Shown here: one piece after another, positions 51,494 through 64,000 of the stretch
Position numbering within the stretch: position 1 is the first letter of the stretch
Layout of the letters: every line of letters starts with the position of its first letter
DNA from: Selaginella moellendorffii
Lineage: Eukaryota; Plantae; Lycopodiophyta
DNA length: 64,000 nt
Assembly: GCF_000143415.4 (NCBI RefSeq)
Contig: NW_003314326.1
Location: 1 to 64,000 of the forward strand
Direction of reading: 5' to 3'
Notes under the pieces: model-generated
The model's database searches: none
Told to the model about the DNA's origin: nothing
Seen by the model: the letters and a program-made list of their open reading frames with translations, nothing else
Made by a program: the position numbers and the translations under genes

Positions 51494-52705
51494 TGTAAGG
51501 AACCAACTCGCCGAGGTGTCGTAGGCTAAGGGAACCCCGAAAGCATGACCAAAATGACAAAGAGTTCATCGGATGGGACCAAGTCAAAGATCGAGTCCAA
51601 NNNNNNNNNNNNNNNNNNNNNNNNNNNNNNNNNNNNNNNNNNNNNNNNNNNNNNNNNNNNNNNNNNNNNNNNNNNNNNNNNNNNNNNNNNNNNNNNNNNN
51701 ACCGAGAGGTCAGACCGACTCGGGGACCGAGTTCGAGTCCGAGTTCGAGACCGAGTTCGAGACGGAGTCCGAGATCCGAAATCGGGTCCGAGACCGAGTC
51801 CGAAGTCGAGTCCGAGGTCGGGCCCGAGATCGGGTCCGAGATCGAGTCCGCGATCGAGTCCGAGACCGAATCCGAAGTCGGATCCGAAATCGGATCCGAG
51901 ATCGAGCCAGAGACTAAGTCCAAATACTAATACGGGTCAAGGGGTGAAAGCCCAAAGCGTGCGTCCCCCAGGGGGGGGGGGCTGCAGGGGGTTCCAAAAG
52001 TATAGTAGGGATAGTGAGGTCCAGGAACCAGTTTAGAAGGGACTCTCCAGTGGGGCTCCCAAACTGACTTGAGGTTGGGACTGGGACCGAGGGGCCTTGG
52101 GTGGGAGTGAGCATGGACTTGGTTGGTGCCGGAGGGGCCATCCAAGGAAGTGCTCAAGAGCAGCTCCCACTCCCGAAAGGGAAACCGATTGCGGTGCTCC
52201 CGGCTCATGTGGAGTGGTGCCCCACTTGAGTACCATGCGGCTCATTGGTCCTCGCCCTTCCTAGGGGCTTGGGCCTTCCTTCGGGATGGAAGTGGGGGGC
52301 GAGAGGTACCCATGCCGGGCCGTTAGGCCACGGTGTTTCGCCCCGGCGTCCCGAAGCAAGTGTTGCACTCAAGACTTGGGATTTAGAGGGTCCCATGATC
52401 AAGTCTTGTGGTACCAAGGGATGTTAGGAACCTGGAAGCTTGGTGTGCTTGGCTGCTTGTGCTTGCGGGGAGTGTAGCCGAACCTTAAGTCCAGTCTAAC
52501 CCGGGGAGGGGGATTGGGAGTGATTTGGGAATCCGTGGAAGGATGGCTAACGCTCCATTGCTCGTGCAGTGAGTAGCTGAAACCAAGTAGGAGCTGGTAC
52601 CATAGGCGATAACCTTGGCAAGGGAACTTAGCAAGAGCCAAGGCAGTGTTGGACGAATAGACGAGGTAAGCTGGCAAATTGGAAAGGAAAAATTTGTGGC
52701 TTACA
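51494..52705 (+). repeat. Family-1 LTR (solo-like; 100-N gap at 51601-51700; no TSD)
   Basis: TGTAAGGAACC...GGCTTACA, nearly identical to 22677-23824; flanks GTCCG and CTCAA differ. Confidence 0.92.
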
Positions 52706-53196
52706 CTCAACTTCTATTGATATAACCATTCCACTTTGGAACTTTTGACAAAAATTCAACAGTCAAAAGGGAAACTTTGTTACATCCATGGACGTAATTT
52801 AATATGCCAACTATAAGAGCAAGAAATCTAAAAGATATCAATCAAATGAAGTACCTACATGGCTGCTTGTAAATAATCAAATAGAAGAGAAGGAAATGTT
52901 TTAAGAGAGACACCTAAGCTCAGACTAAATACATATATATGGATTTACTATATATGACTATACATGAATTTAAAATAACTGAAATAATAAAAATTATGAC
53001 TTTTTAAACTAAATTTCTTAAATAAACTTAAATATGGATTGTTGTGCACTCAACGTCGTCAACACATTATCTATGCCGTTTCCCTTACTGTCACCAATAG
53101 AGAACCAAAGGAAAACCAGAATCATAAGACTCGCTTTGTATCAAAGTCTAGCTGAATCGCACCTGGAAAGCCTCCTTTACCACTAAATACTGGTGA

Positions 53197-55926
53197 TCAC
53201 ATCTCTCTCGTACACATTTTGGTATGCCTTACAGCTGCAATCTGCTCGATCATACCAAAATTGGAGCCGATAATAACACTTGAGGCATATATATCCATCG
53301 GATTAGACTTTTGATATGAGAGAGCTGATGAATTGTCCTTGTCCGAGAAAAATACATATCCAAAGTTTGTTCGAGCATACTCTACAAAAAACAAAAATAA
53401 AAAATAAACGAAAAATGTATAACGTATGGACTTACTTTCATTGCCAGGCTGCTCATTGTCCTTGATAGCAATCAGTCTTCGGACGTCACTCTTAAGATTT
53501 CGAACGACTTCCGACCAATCCGCAATGGCTGGCTTAAGAGGGTCTCCAGAGCACTTGCTTTGGATGTACAAAAGAAATGGCTCCAAATCAATGCCTTTTA
53601 CTTCCTCGAGTATCAGGAAGGTATCAGCCCCGCTGTTCCGAGGTCCACAGATGGCCCAAGTCCCTGACCTTTGAACCTCCTCCTTTGAGCCTGGACTACT
53701 GTGTTTGATCCGAAACCAAAAAACTAAAAACAAGAACATACCTGGACTCAGTTGCTTGATTGAAACTGGAAAAGTGGGGAACCTGAACTTTCGGTTCTTC
53801 AGATTGTCAGGGATGTACCAATCGCAAGGCAACACATCCGCCAGCATGAAGGTCTCTGAACCCCCCGATAGTAACTGCAAATAACATGTTAGTAACCGAG
53901 ACTATGAAAGACTATGAACGTAGAATTCACATACCTTATGAATGTAGATGCTGAAGATCAGAGACAACAAATCGTTGTCTTCCTTCTGCTTCCAATCATC
54001 CGTTGACATTGTTGTCAAATCAAAAGTTGTAGAGCCAAAAAGGTCCTCCCGCTGGAGTGTTAGCTTATGCAGTAACACAGGTGAAAACTCCACCAGAGCC
54101 TTTTCTTCGTCAAGAACCACAGCCACTACTCCACAACTCTCCAGAGCTTCCCATGTCAAAACATTCTCTCTTGGAAAGGCCTGCAGCAGAACCGGTCCAT
54201 TCCTTGAGACATGCTCACGAAGCATCGATGCTTGAATTGCTCGTAAGAGATAAGAAAATCTCTCATCCCCGGCAAAGCCATTGTAATATTTGAATCTTCT
54301 GCATAGGCTCCACACACGATCCAGAATCCGCCTTACTTTGTCTCTCAGGAAGGGCTCCTGAATTCTCAGCGCAAGGTTGTCAATGTCAAGGGCCATGTCT
54401 GGGTCATCTGAAGCCAAAGCCTGAACCATGAAGGTAATCAACCTCGGATTCCCTCCGCTCAGCTTGCACAACAGCTGCATGCCATCATTTAAAGCGTGAA
54501 GTTCTTCACGGTTTGAAGTCCTCAGCACCTTGTTAAAGACTTGCAACACCAGCTTCTCCCGATCGCTGCTGCTGAGAGGGTTGACAGGAATATAAATCAC
54601 TTCAGATGATCCAGTGTCACCACTCTCTCTCAAAGATGCCGCTGTGAAAAGGTTGGTCGCTCCGAGCATAGTGACAAACGTTTTGCCACCCACGTTCCTG
54701 TGCTTCCAATCTATGAACTCCCGAAACAGTTTCTGAACAAGGACGTTGCTCCTCCCAATCTCATCAAAGAAGAAGGACAGGAAAATGTTTTGGTCTCCGA
54801 GCTCGCAGACTTCTCGCAACAAAGCTATCACGTCATCAAACAGGAGGAACTTCTTCAAATCAGGTGCTTCGGCATCAACAACAGCGACAAGCTCTTGGTA
54901 AGGAAAGCGCGTCCAAGTCCCAGTATCTTTTCTGATGTTATCTTGGCCATCTGCTCTAGAAACAGCTGCATGCAAAGTCCTCAGGGCCAAAACCTGAGCA
55001 TCACCCAGCCCGGCCTCGCCATGAAAAGTTGAAATAAAATCATGGTACATGAGCACGTCGAGATGTTCAACGGTGCTCATCATGGCATCCCACGGTCGCA
55101 CCTCATCGGTTGATGTATCGAAAAGTGAGGCAAGTTCTTGAATCCTTAGCCCTGGATCACTCCGTTGCCTTCTCATCTCAATGAGTATTTGTGGGAGTGC
55201 CATGCCAAGGGATGTTTTTCCCGCACCCGGGAATCCAACCACACCCATTATATGGTGGAGGCGCCTAAACACATCCCACTTTGTGTGTTGACTGCTCATG
55301 AATTGCTTGTACAACAGCCAGTTACCCCTGAGCAAAGCATCCACAGTCTTCTCTCGTCCAACAATGGGAAACTGCTGCCCGATGTCCTTCAGAGACAAGC
55401 CAGTTGGCAAAGAAGATAATGAATCCCTTTCAAGGCATTTTCTGTACGTGCGGGCATGCTTAAGACGAGGTCCAAAGAGCTCCTTCAGCTTGGCAATCCG
55501 ATCACAGGCGTTTGACCAAACAACTCCACTAGAGGGAATGAGCTGCTGACGGAGCTGCTTCTCCTTCTCCATCCAGTGCTTGTGAAGCTCACGGAGCTGC
55601 TTCTCCTTCTCCATCCAGTGCTTGTGAAGCTCACGGAGCTGCTTCTCCTTCTCCATCCAGTGCTTGTGAAGCTCACGGAGCTGCTTCTCCTTCTCCATCC
55701 AGTGCTTCTCCTTCTCCATCCAGTGCTTCTGAAGCTCACCCTGCGTGGAATCCACTTTCTGGTCAGCGCGCTCCACCTTCTGCTCAACCTGCTCAATCGC
55801 TTGTTGCACGGCCCTGATCTCCGATTCCACTTCCTCAATCTGCTGCTGAATCGATCGCTCAGGCCCATCCGCCCTTTGCCGCTTCCCAGCCCTGATATCT
55901 GATTCCAATTCTTCCCCATCCGCCAT
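53197..55926 (-). CDS. Crinkler/RHS-like protein (~850 aa): coiled-coil repeat header, P-loop NTPase, C-terminal restriction-endonuclease-like domain
   Basis: Walker A GFPGAGKT, Walker B FLSFFFDE, SGGNPRL, then GADTF...LYIQSK. Predicted GT-AG introns 53875-53934, 53691-53741 and 53382-53435 all preserve frame. Confidence 0.78.
55549..55730 (-). repeat. 42-bp coding tandem repeat (ELHKHWMEKEKQLR)n
   Basis: Three to four near-identical units. Confidence 0.92.
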
Positions 55927-55989
55927 GAGACTGCTCTCTGGCGGAACCCTAACCTAGGTACTCTGATTTTTAGGGTTCTAGCCGTAGAA

Positions 55990-57900
55990 TGGGACATTGT
56001 GCTTCGACTGCATTCGATGTGAGGTTGGTAGAAAACACCTGAAACTGGCATTGAGGTATGTTCAACTGAATCTGTGAAATGGTGTAGACTTTACTGAGTT
56101 TACCTGCAGGTAAACTGGAGTAGGTTCACGTAGAAAAGAACTAATGTTGACCAGTTTAGGGTTTAGGGTTTAGGGTTTAGACAGTATATGGCAGGACAGC
56201 TTCAGGCTTATGGCCATCTCGGACTCTCCTCAGAGAGCTGATCTTTGGCTGATCAACACGTAAGTTCAGTATCAGAAGGAAGAATCTTAAGCTGGATCAA
56301 TTGTTGCTGCTGTTTTGTTCGCGGGTGTACTGTGAAAGCTCCGACAATGGAAACACTGATACGTAAAGGCAAAGCAGCCTCTATTCCCTTGGTGGATAGC
56401 TGGATGCGTTCCTCAGGGTTTAAAAGATCTCGAAGCTGTCAGCGTCATCGGAGTGCAGCAAATACAGTGGGGGAGACTTTGAAAGGCCACGAGGCCCGGC
56501 TGCTTCGACGGGATGCTTTACCGTCTCTTGATTTGCCAAAAGTTTATAATCTCTTTCGCTGTTGTGTTTTCAGGTTCGTAAGAACAAGTTTGTCAAGATC
56601 ATTCCTATCAACGTTGGCTGCTTGGGTGCTTGCACATACTGCAAGACGAAGCATGCTCGTGGGCATCTTGGCAGGTACACAGTAGACACACTAGTAAGGA
56701 CCTTCGCCAGTTTCTTTTCTCTGTTACTGAGCTTTATCTACAGGTGCAAAGATTGAAAACCGTGGTGTCTGAAGGTGTGAAGGAGATATGGCGACACTGG
56801 AGCTTACGGTTATGGTTATCTGTTTCAAGCTAGTATTTTTTATTTACTTTTTTCTTTCTTTGCACTACAGGACGAGACATTGGAGCATATATACCAGCGC
56901 TTCTACGTGCTTTAGTTGCTGCGCTTCCTCATAGACAGAAGTACAATGCTCCGAATCTACATCTTACAGCATCTGGAGGAAATGGCTGTCACCCCTGCGT
57001 GTATTCGTTCCTTCATGTTCTGGTTCAATCTGGAAGGGACTTGGTGTTGGAGGTACCGATGTTCTGGGTGATTGTTTTGTCTCTGTAAGCTGTTTTCTGT
57101 GTTCTTCAGGGCATGAAGAGGGAGTACACGTTTTCCGAGTTTAGAAAAATTGTGGATACTCTCACAAGACTAGTCCCGGAGATTCATATCGCTACAGATA
57201 TTATCTGTGGATTTCCAGGTACGCTCGCATGCATGAAAAAGATTGTATCTTATTGAGCTTTTATCCTTGTCAGGAGAAACATCAGAGGATTTTGACAGGA
57301 TCATGGAACTAATACGAGAGTACACGTTCCCACAGGTCCACATATCACAGTTTTACCCTCGACCAGGTAGGTAATCTCTGTACATGCTACTGAATGGTTC
57401 TCTCTGTCACTAGTGTTTATCCTGTCAATATCCTTAGACAGGAACACCGGCGGCTCTAATGAAACGGGTTCCAACGCTCGAAGTGAAGAAACGAAGCCAT
57501 TCCATTCTGTTTGAATCGTTCACTCCTTACGCAGGAATGGAGGTAAAACGTACCGAGTCTGGGTCACCAACACTGCTGCTGATGGAATTCATCTGGTATT
57601 CTTTCTTTTGTTCTACGTCTCTGCAGGTTGGCCTGTGTACAAGTTCTACTTCCAGCTGTACCCGGCCTTCTTGGAAGCAAGTTAATGTGAAGATTACGTC
57701 TGTCGGAAGATGGTCTGTGACTGGCGAGTGGCGAACCAGATTCCACTCCTGGAGACGATGCTGAGAAAGTCGGATGCGAGCAGCGGTAAGGAATGCGATC
57801 CTCCGGGAGTTCCTGAGAAAGAGATCCCGAGTCTGGGCATCACATTTTCGTTTGTTGAAATTCACCAGGATCAGAAGCGGCGGGCTCTGTGGTCACTCTT
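55990..57900 (+). pseudogene. CDKAL1: tRNA t6A methylthiotransferase (CDKAL1/e-MtaB) unprocessed pseudogene
   Basis: YMAGQL; radical-SAM motif GCLGACTYCKTKHARG; [13 protein letters not shown]; [14 protein letters not shown]; TRAM-like VKITSVGRWSV. Introns present. Small deletions remove conserved residues (between EIW and DTGAYG; between MLRI and YILQHL). Confidence 0.85.
56154..56180 (+). repeat. Interstitial (TTTAGGG)n telo-box run
   Basis: GTTTAGGGTTTAGGGTTTAGGGTTTAG. Confidence 0.9.
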
Positions 57901-58909
57901 GTGGCTTTCTTTACACACTCCAGAAGAAAACAAGCTCAAGGACGAGTCTGTGCAACGCTCGCACAAACTCGACTGGGCGCAACTGGGAGCTCCAACCAGA
58001 GTCCAATCTCCGCTATCCCAGACGAGGTGTCTTTACGTCAATGACGGCGAGAGACTTATCTTCATCAAGACAAGTTTGCAAGCACTGGTACGCTCTGTGT
58101 TCATCAGACTGTCTGGGAGAAATTCATCGGCTCAGGGCAAGCCAGCTTACCAAGGTACGTGCCTCCTGACTATACTATTTTCTGGAAATTTTGTTTTCCT
58201 TGCTTAAACGTTGAATTTTGCAGATGGCTGGTGCATAAGCACAGCACGCTACTGTCGTCTCGAAGCACTCGCATTTTATATTTCACGAACAGATACACGT
58301 TTCTGATTCAAGCCTTGGATGCATGGTGGGAACACGGCAACTATGTGAAAGTTTTTGTCAGGTGGCTTGATCACAACATTATGATCATGTCACAGCACAA
58401 AGATTGCATCACGTCTCCATCCTCTTAGAAAAGATCAAGGTCTTTTACAACAGGAGAGACGCTGCAGAAGGTGCTCTTGAATGCGGGCAACTTGTGACTC
58501 CACGTGCCAGGAAGCAGGGGGAGGATCAAAGTTTGGGTTGGATTTACAGCTCCTCTAAGCTGTGTCCTCTTATATAAGAGCTTATGCTGCGCGACTGGTG
58601 TGTATTCTATGAAGTGCTAAGCTCCGCTTTTGCGAATCGTGCAGATTTCCTATCTGCCTCACTTCTGCCAAAGCTTCACGGCAGATTGAATCTGTACGAC
58701 CTGGAAGGTGTGTGTTTGGATGACGGAGTCACTGGGATGAAAATCTGGAAGGTGCTACGTGACCTCTGACAGCGTTATATCTCATGGGTGAAAGTTTGCC
58801 TTCACTGCTCGGACCTGAATTATGCAGTCCGACTCGAGAGAGTCCGGTAAGTGGCATTCCCACTGGCTGTTGGATCCTCCACCGTTGGATCGTACAGATC
58901 TAACAGCTC

Positions 58910-61900
58910 AAACGCTCAGCCTTTGAGTTGCCAGAAATTTCTAAGTCCTAGCACTTGGTTTTTGGCAATGGAGAGGAAGGTACGTGAGCATGGCAGCTAC
59001 ACCTTGAGCACGCCACGGCAGAGGTCACCACAGCCAGCTGCTCCAGCAGCAGCAGCAGCCGCCGACACAGGCAGCGCCAGCCACTGCAACAGCCCGCGGC
59101 CTGCCAACACCAGCAGCTGCTGCGGCTGCTGCTCCAGCCGGCCAGCCAGCCGTGCCACGGCCGGCCTCCAGCGACCGCCACAGCGAGCACTTGGGCCAGC
59201 ACTCGCTGCCCAAAGCGCCAGCCCTGGCCACCCAAAGCGCCAGCCCTGTGGCTCGTCGTGGCCCAGCCCGTTAGCACTGCATCCCGGCCAGCCGCTGCCC
59301 AGCAGCACCACCCGAGGCAGCAACCACCAAGGGATCTCCAAAAATGCTAAGGGGATTGCTCCCTGCTGTTGAGAGCACCCGCACCACCCAGACATCACCA
59401 CAAAGATCCACCAGAATCTGCCGTGGGAGACACAATTGCAACCGCAATTGCAAATGCCCGCCTCTGCTTCTCCAGCATCCTCTCCACCGTCAGATCTCCC
59501 GATCCAACAGTCCACGTGGTCCAAGCCTACTTAGAATTTTTCTGGGCTATGGAGGAGAAAGATGCAAGGAGCAGTCACGACAGGGCATTCTGTCTTGACC
59601 ACGCCACAACATCAAGCCAACAGCAAGCCAGGACAACTCCAAGCATGGTTCTGGATTCAGAGAAACCAGCCATGCTGCCCCTCTCTCCCTTCGCTAGCGT
59701 CTGGCACAGCAAGTCTCCAAGCCAGGCATTTGCGTTGGCCCCTGTGTGCCGCACCTCGCTGCCACAGTGCCACAAAAAATCCCTGCCTGGAGATGCTCAC
59801 TGCCACTAAGAGTCCAGGAATTAGCTTGGCTTCTTGACACAACAATCTCTTTGGTGTTTCCTGTGGCCCAGCTCCCCTGAATCGTGTCTGGCACAGCAAA
59901 CTCCCCACAAAGGCTTTTTGCCCCCTTTTAGTCCAGTGCCTTGGCACCACCAAGAGATCATAAAAATGCCAAGGGAGCTGCTCCCTGCCACACAGAGCAC
60001 CCACACCACCCAAAGATCACCATAGAAATGCTGTGCCTCACCAAAATCTGCCATGGGAGAAGCCTTTGCAACAGCAACAGCCATTACAAAGGCCCACTCA
60101 TGCTTCCCTCTCCTCTCTCCTCCACCGTCGGATTGCACAGATCCAACGACTTACACATGCAGCCTTTGAGTTGCCAATAACTTCTAAGTCCTAGCACTTA
60201 GTTTTTTGGCAATGGTAGAGGAAGCTACAGGAGCATGGCCATTGCGTCTTGAGCATGCCATGGCCCAGGCCACCATAGCCAGCTGCTCCAGCAGTAGCAG
60301 CTGCCGATGCAGGCAGCGCCAGCCATTGCAACAGCCTACGGCCTGCTAGCACCAACAGCTGCTGCATTGTGGGAGTGATTGAGGCAAGGAAGAGGGACGT
60401 CACCAGCTTCACTGGTCCTCCATTTGCTTTGCCGGAGTGACTATGGCAAAGGACGAGCTCTTTTTCTCCTCTTTTCTCTCTCATGGCTTGGTTTTCGCTC
60501 TTTTTCTCGTTTCGATTTCACGGCTAGCATCTAGGGAGTGGCGAGAGGTGGAGTTTGGACGTCACTTTAGAGGTGACTTGGAGCAGCTAGGGTTAGGGTT
60601 CCTGGTGGCTAGGATTAGGGTTCACCCTGTTCTAGGGCTAGGGTCCCTTGGCAGCTAGGGCTTCTAGGGCTGGTAGTGGCGGGTTGCTGTAGTCCTAGGA
60701 AGCTTTTAAGGCATCTCGATGGTAGATAGATAGTTGCAAAAGTTCTAGAAATGGAGCTCTTTGCCAAGATCTATGCGATCTTGCTTGCCTTGACACGTGA
60801 TGACGATGATGTCACTTTAGAGGTGACTTGGAGCAATTGGGACTTGAAAAAGTTCCCATCTTTTTGGATTCTCTTTGGAAGACCATGCATGGTGTCTCGC
60901 TTTGAGGACAATCGGGAAGGGAGGATTTTTGGATCTAATGGCAGGGATTGCTACCACAGTTGGGACTATCGGCCAATGGAGTCGATTCGGTGGTACAACT
61001 TGAAAAAATTCCCAGATTTCTGGATTCTCTGTGGACAACCATGCATGGTGTCTTGCTTCGAGGTGATCAGGAAGGGAGGGTTTTTGGAACCAGTGGCAGG
61101 GACTGCTGCCACAAGTGGGGCCAGCGGCCGACGGAGTTGATTCAATGTTGCACGCGTAGGGGATCCACATGTTTCCTCTCCAATGCTAGATTTGGAGCAT
61201 TGAACCTCCCTAGGAGGAGGTTCGGGCCATTTCTCTAGTCCCTTGGGCTAGGAATTTTTCGAAGATGGGCTAGCGCACTTGTCTAGTGTGGGAGGCAAGG
61301 TAGCACGCTCTAACTATGAGTTGGAAGAAGTTCACACCTCGCATGGATCTACAAGTTGGAGTCACATCGCGATTGGGCGTCGTCTTGGCACCAAAGGCAG
61401 GTTGGTGGTGGAGGGCTTTGTGGTGGTTTTGCGTGTTGCGGAGTGTACCAGATGGCTTCCAGTTTCACAATGGAGTCACTTGGGAGGTGGACGGCCCACG
61501 GGCAGCACCAGGTGTCCATGCTCGTAGTTTCGCTAGTCTCTCTGAGAGTGCGCTCTCGTTGTTTTAGCCCCTAAGGGGCATTGGGGAATAGTACATACAC
61601 GTTTTATCAATTCGGTGGTACACGCTAAAGGATCCATACATCTCTTCTCCAACACCTATTCTAGAGCTTTGCTCCCTTAGGAGGAGGTTCGTGCCATTTC
61701 GTAGTCCCTATTGTAGGGCTAGGACTCTAGCGAAGATAAGCTAGCACACTTGTCTTGTGTGGGAGGCAAGGTAGCACACTCTAACCTCGAGTTGGAGGAT
61801 ATTCACACCTTGCATGGAGCTATGTGTTGGAGTATTATTGCATTTGGATGCTATTTTGGCACTAGAGGCACGTTGGTGGTGGAGCGCTCCGTGGCAAGTT

Positions 61901-62080
61901 GTGCTGGTCATGGAGCGTAGCAGGTGGCTTCAAACTTCGCGGTGAAGTCATCTGGGAGGCGGATGGCCTAAGAGTAACGCCGGGCATTCGTGCTCATAGC
62001 TTCGCTAGTATCTTTGAGAGTGCGTACTCAATGTTATTTTGATCCCTTTGGGACTGGGGTAATGTACATACATGTTTAGT
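58910..62080. repeat. Unclassified region with diverged internal direct duplications (probably TE-derived)
   Basis: ~58915-59125 resembles 60160-60365; ~59330-59510 resembles 59945-60130; ~61160-61610 resembles 61630-62080. Confidence 0.6.
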
Positions 62081-62123
62081 GATCTCGCCGGATGGTGCCG
62101 GATTGCGCCGGATTGCAAAAAAA

Positions 62124-64000
62124 ACACGAGCAACTTTGGTAGAGAGTCGTTCGCGACATCTACTAGCCCTCCGAGGGAAGCTCGGAGGTAGCTTTGTTAA
62201 GATCCTTATTGACACGGGTGCTTCGGATAATTTTGTGGCTGCAGACATAGTCCGGCAAGCCGGACTAACGGTGCAGCGGCTAGGCGAACCAAGGACTATA
62301 GAGTTTGTTCAAGGTAGCCAAAGCACCGATGAGGTACTTCGACAAGCGAGAGTCGAAGTGGGGACATGGAAAGTGAACATGGATTTCACCGTCTTGGACA
62401 TGGCGGGATTTGACGTGATCTTCGGAATGGATTGGTTTAATCGGTTCGTGGTAGCCCTACATGGACAAGGTAGGAACCTTGTGGTATTGGCGAATGCCCA
62501 AGGAAGAAGATCTAGGGTGGAGACCCAGGATCTAAAGGTAGGGCAAAGCAAGGCCAAAGAGTCATGCTTAAACCTGGTGTCCACGAGAGGACAACTCACT
62601 AAAGGAACTAAGGCAGCCTTTTTGTGCTTACTCTCGGTGAAGAGTGACAAAAAGACAAGAACGGAAGAAGTACCTTTAGTGATCCAGCAGGTGCTGGACC
62701 AATTCCAGGATACGATGCCGGAGGAGCTACCGGCGGGGTTGCCCCCCGCACGACCGATAGAACATAAGATTGAGCTGGTCGAGGGTGCTGAGGCGGTGGT
62801 TCGTCCACCCTATCGATTGAACGAAAAAGAACTCAAGGAGCTCAAGAGCCAACTAGAGGAGTTGGTGGACAAAGGGTATGTTAGGTTGAGCAAGTCGCCG
62901 TATGGGGCGCCGGTGCTATTTGTGAAAAAGAAAGATGGATCTATGCGCATGTGCATAGACTACCGGTTGCTCAACAAGTATACCAAGAAGAACAAGTACC
63001 CTTTGCCAAGGATCGAGGACCTGTTCGATAGGTTGGGAAAGGCAAAATACTTCTCGAGGATTGACCTAAGGTCAGGATACTACCAGATCAGGGTAGCTGA
63101 GGAAGATGTCGAGAAGACAACCTGTCGAACGAGGTATGGGAGCTTTGAGTTTTTGGTGATGCCCTTTGGGCTGTGCAATGCGCCGGCAACGTTTTCGGCG
63201 TTGATGAACCACATCTTTGTACCCTATCTGGATCGCTTCGTGGTCGTCTATATTGACGACATCCTGATCTATAGCGAGACACTAGAGGAGCATGCCGAAC
63301 ACTTGGCGAAGGTGTTTGAGAAACTAAGGGAACACAAACTGTATGCTAAAGAGAGCAAATGTGACTTTGCTCAACAAGAGGTAAAGTTTCTCGGGCATGT
63401 GGTGGGCCAGGACGGGCTCAAGGTGGACCCGGAGAAGGTCCAAGCGATCCAGGAATGGGAACGACCATCGAATGTACATGAGTTGAGGGCGTTCCTGGGG
63501 CTATGCAACTACTATCGAAAGTTTATCAGACACTATTCGAGAGTAGCCCTGCCCTTAACGGACCAAACAGGAAAAGGGAAGATGGTATGGACAGCGGAAT
63601 GCGAGGCGGCATTCGTCCACCTCAAAGGGAAGTTGAGGAAGGCTCCGGTGTTGGCATTACCAGACTTTGGTAAGGACTTTGAGGTAGACACGGATGTTTC
63701 GGACTTTGCGTTGGGCGCAGTTTTGAAGCAAGACAACCATCCAGTAGCGTTCTTCTCGAAGAAGCTGGACAAGGCTCAACGGAAGTGGCCTGCCCACGAG
63801 AAGGAATTGTTTGCGGTGGTCAAGGCGCTCAAGGAGTGGCGACACTACCTTGGGAGACACTTTAAGGTTTACACGGACAATGTGGCAACGAAACACTTCT
63901 TGTCACAGCCCGACCTAAGGGGAAAACAAGGTCGGTGGGCCAATGCTTTGGCCGAGTTTGATTGCGAGATCCTGTACAAGCCTGGGAAGAGCAACATCGT
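62124..64000 (+). mobile_element. Another family-1 chromovirus copy: uninterrupted protease-RT-RNase H frame, 5'-truncated, running off the window
   Basis: Nearly identical to 25120-26323 joined to 39740-40412. Confidence 0.95.

Noticed and set aside
57900-62080. Many 60-175 aa ORFs
   Set aside because: Overlapping, low-complexity, no recognisable domains, and within degenerate duplications.

Overview
This is eukaryotic, TE-dense plant DNA. The roughly 45-60 nt introns and short (TTTAGGG)n runs suggest a lycophyte such as Selaginella, which is an inference. Most of the window is a nest of mobile elements. (1) A full-length Ty3/Gypsy chromovirus (22677-43626, 1148-bp LTRs, TSD GGTAG) has two spliceosomal introns in its integrase. 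(2) A 13.4-kb cut-and-paste DNA transposon (26324-39735, 24-bp TIRs, TSD CTAA) sits in its RT, and two partial sister copies lie at ~11071-22534 and 49824-51493. (3) A non-coding LARD-like LTR family, a Cassandra-like TRIM with 5S-derived LTRs, and solo LTRs fill much of the rest. The right part holds a Crinkler-like NTPase+nuclease gene head-to-head with a CDKAL1 pseudogene. The best candidate for an undescribed system is the DNA transposon. It pairs a Sola-like DDD transposase with a divergent, intron-rich ~1630-aa gene (ParB-like domain, degenerate DNA-methyltransferase-like fold, acidic linker, FCP1/HAD phosphatase-like domain). It also carries more than 20 copies of a fixed-spacing palindrome, ATGGCRTG-N6-CAYGCCAT, in introns, exons and intergenic DNA, reminiscent of a ParB/parS pair. 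All domain calls are by-eye motif recognition; no searches were run.
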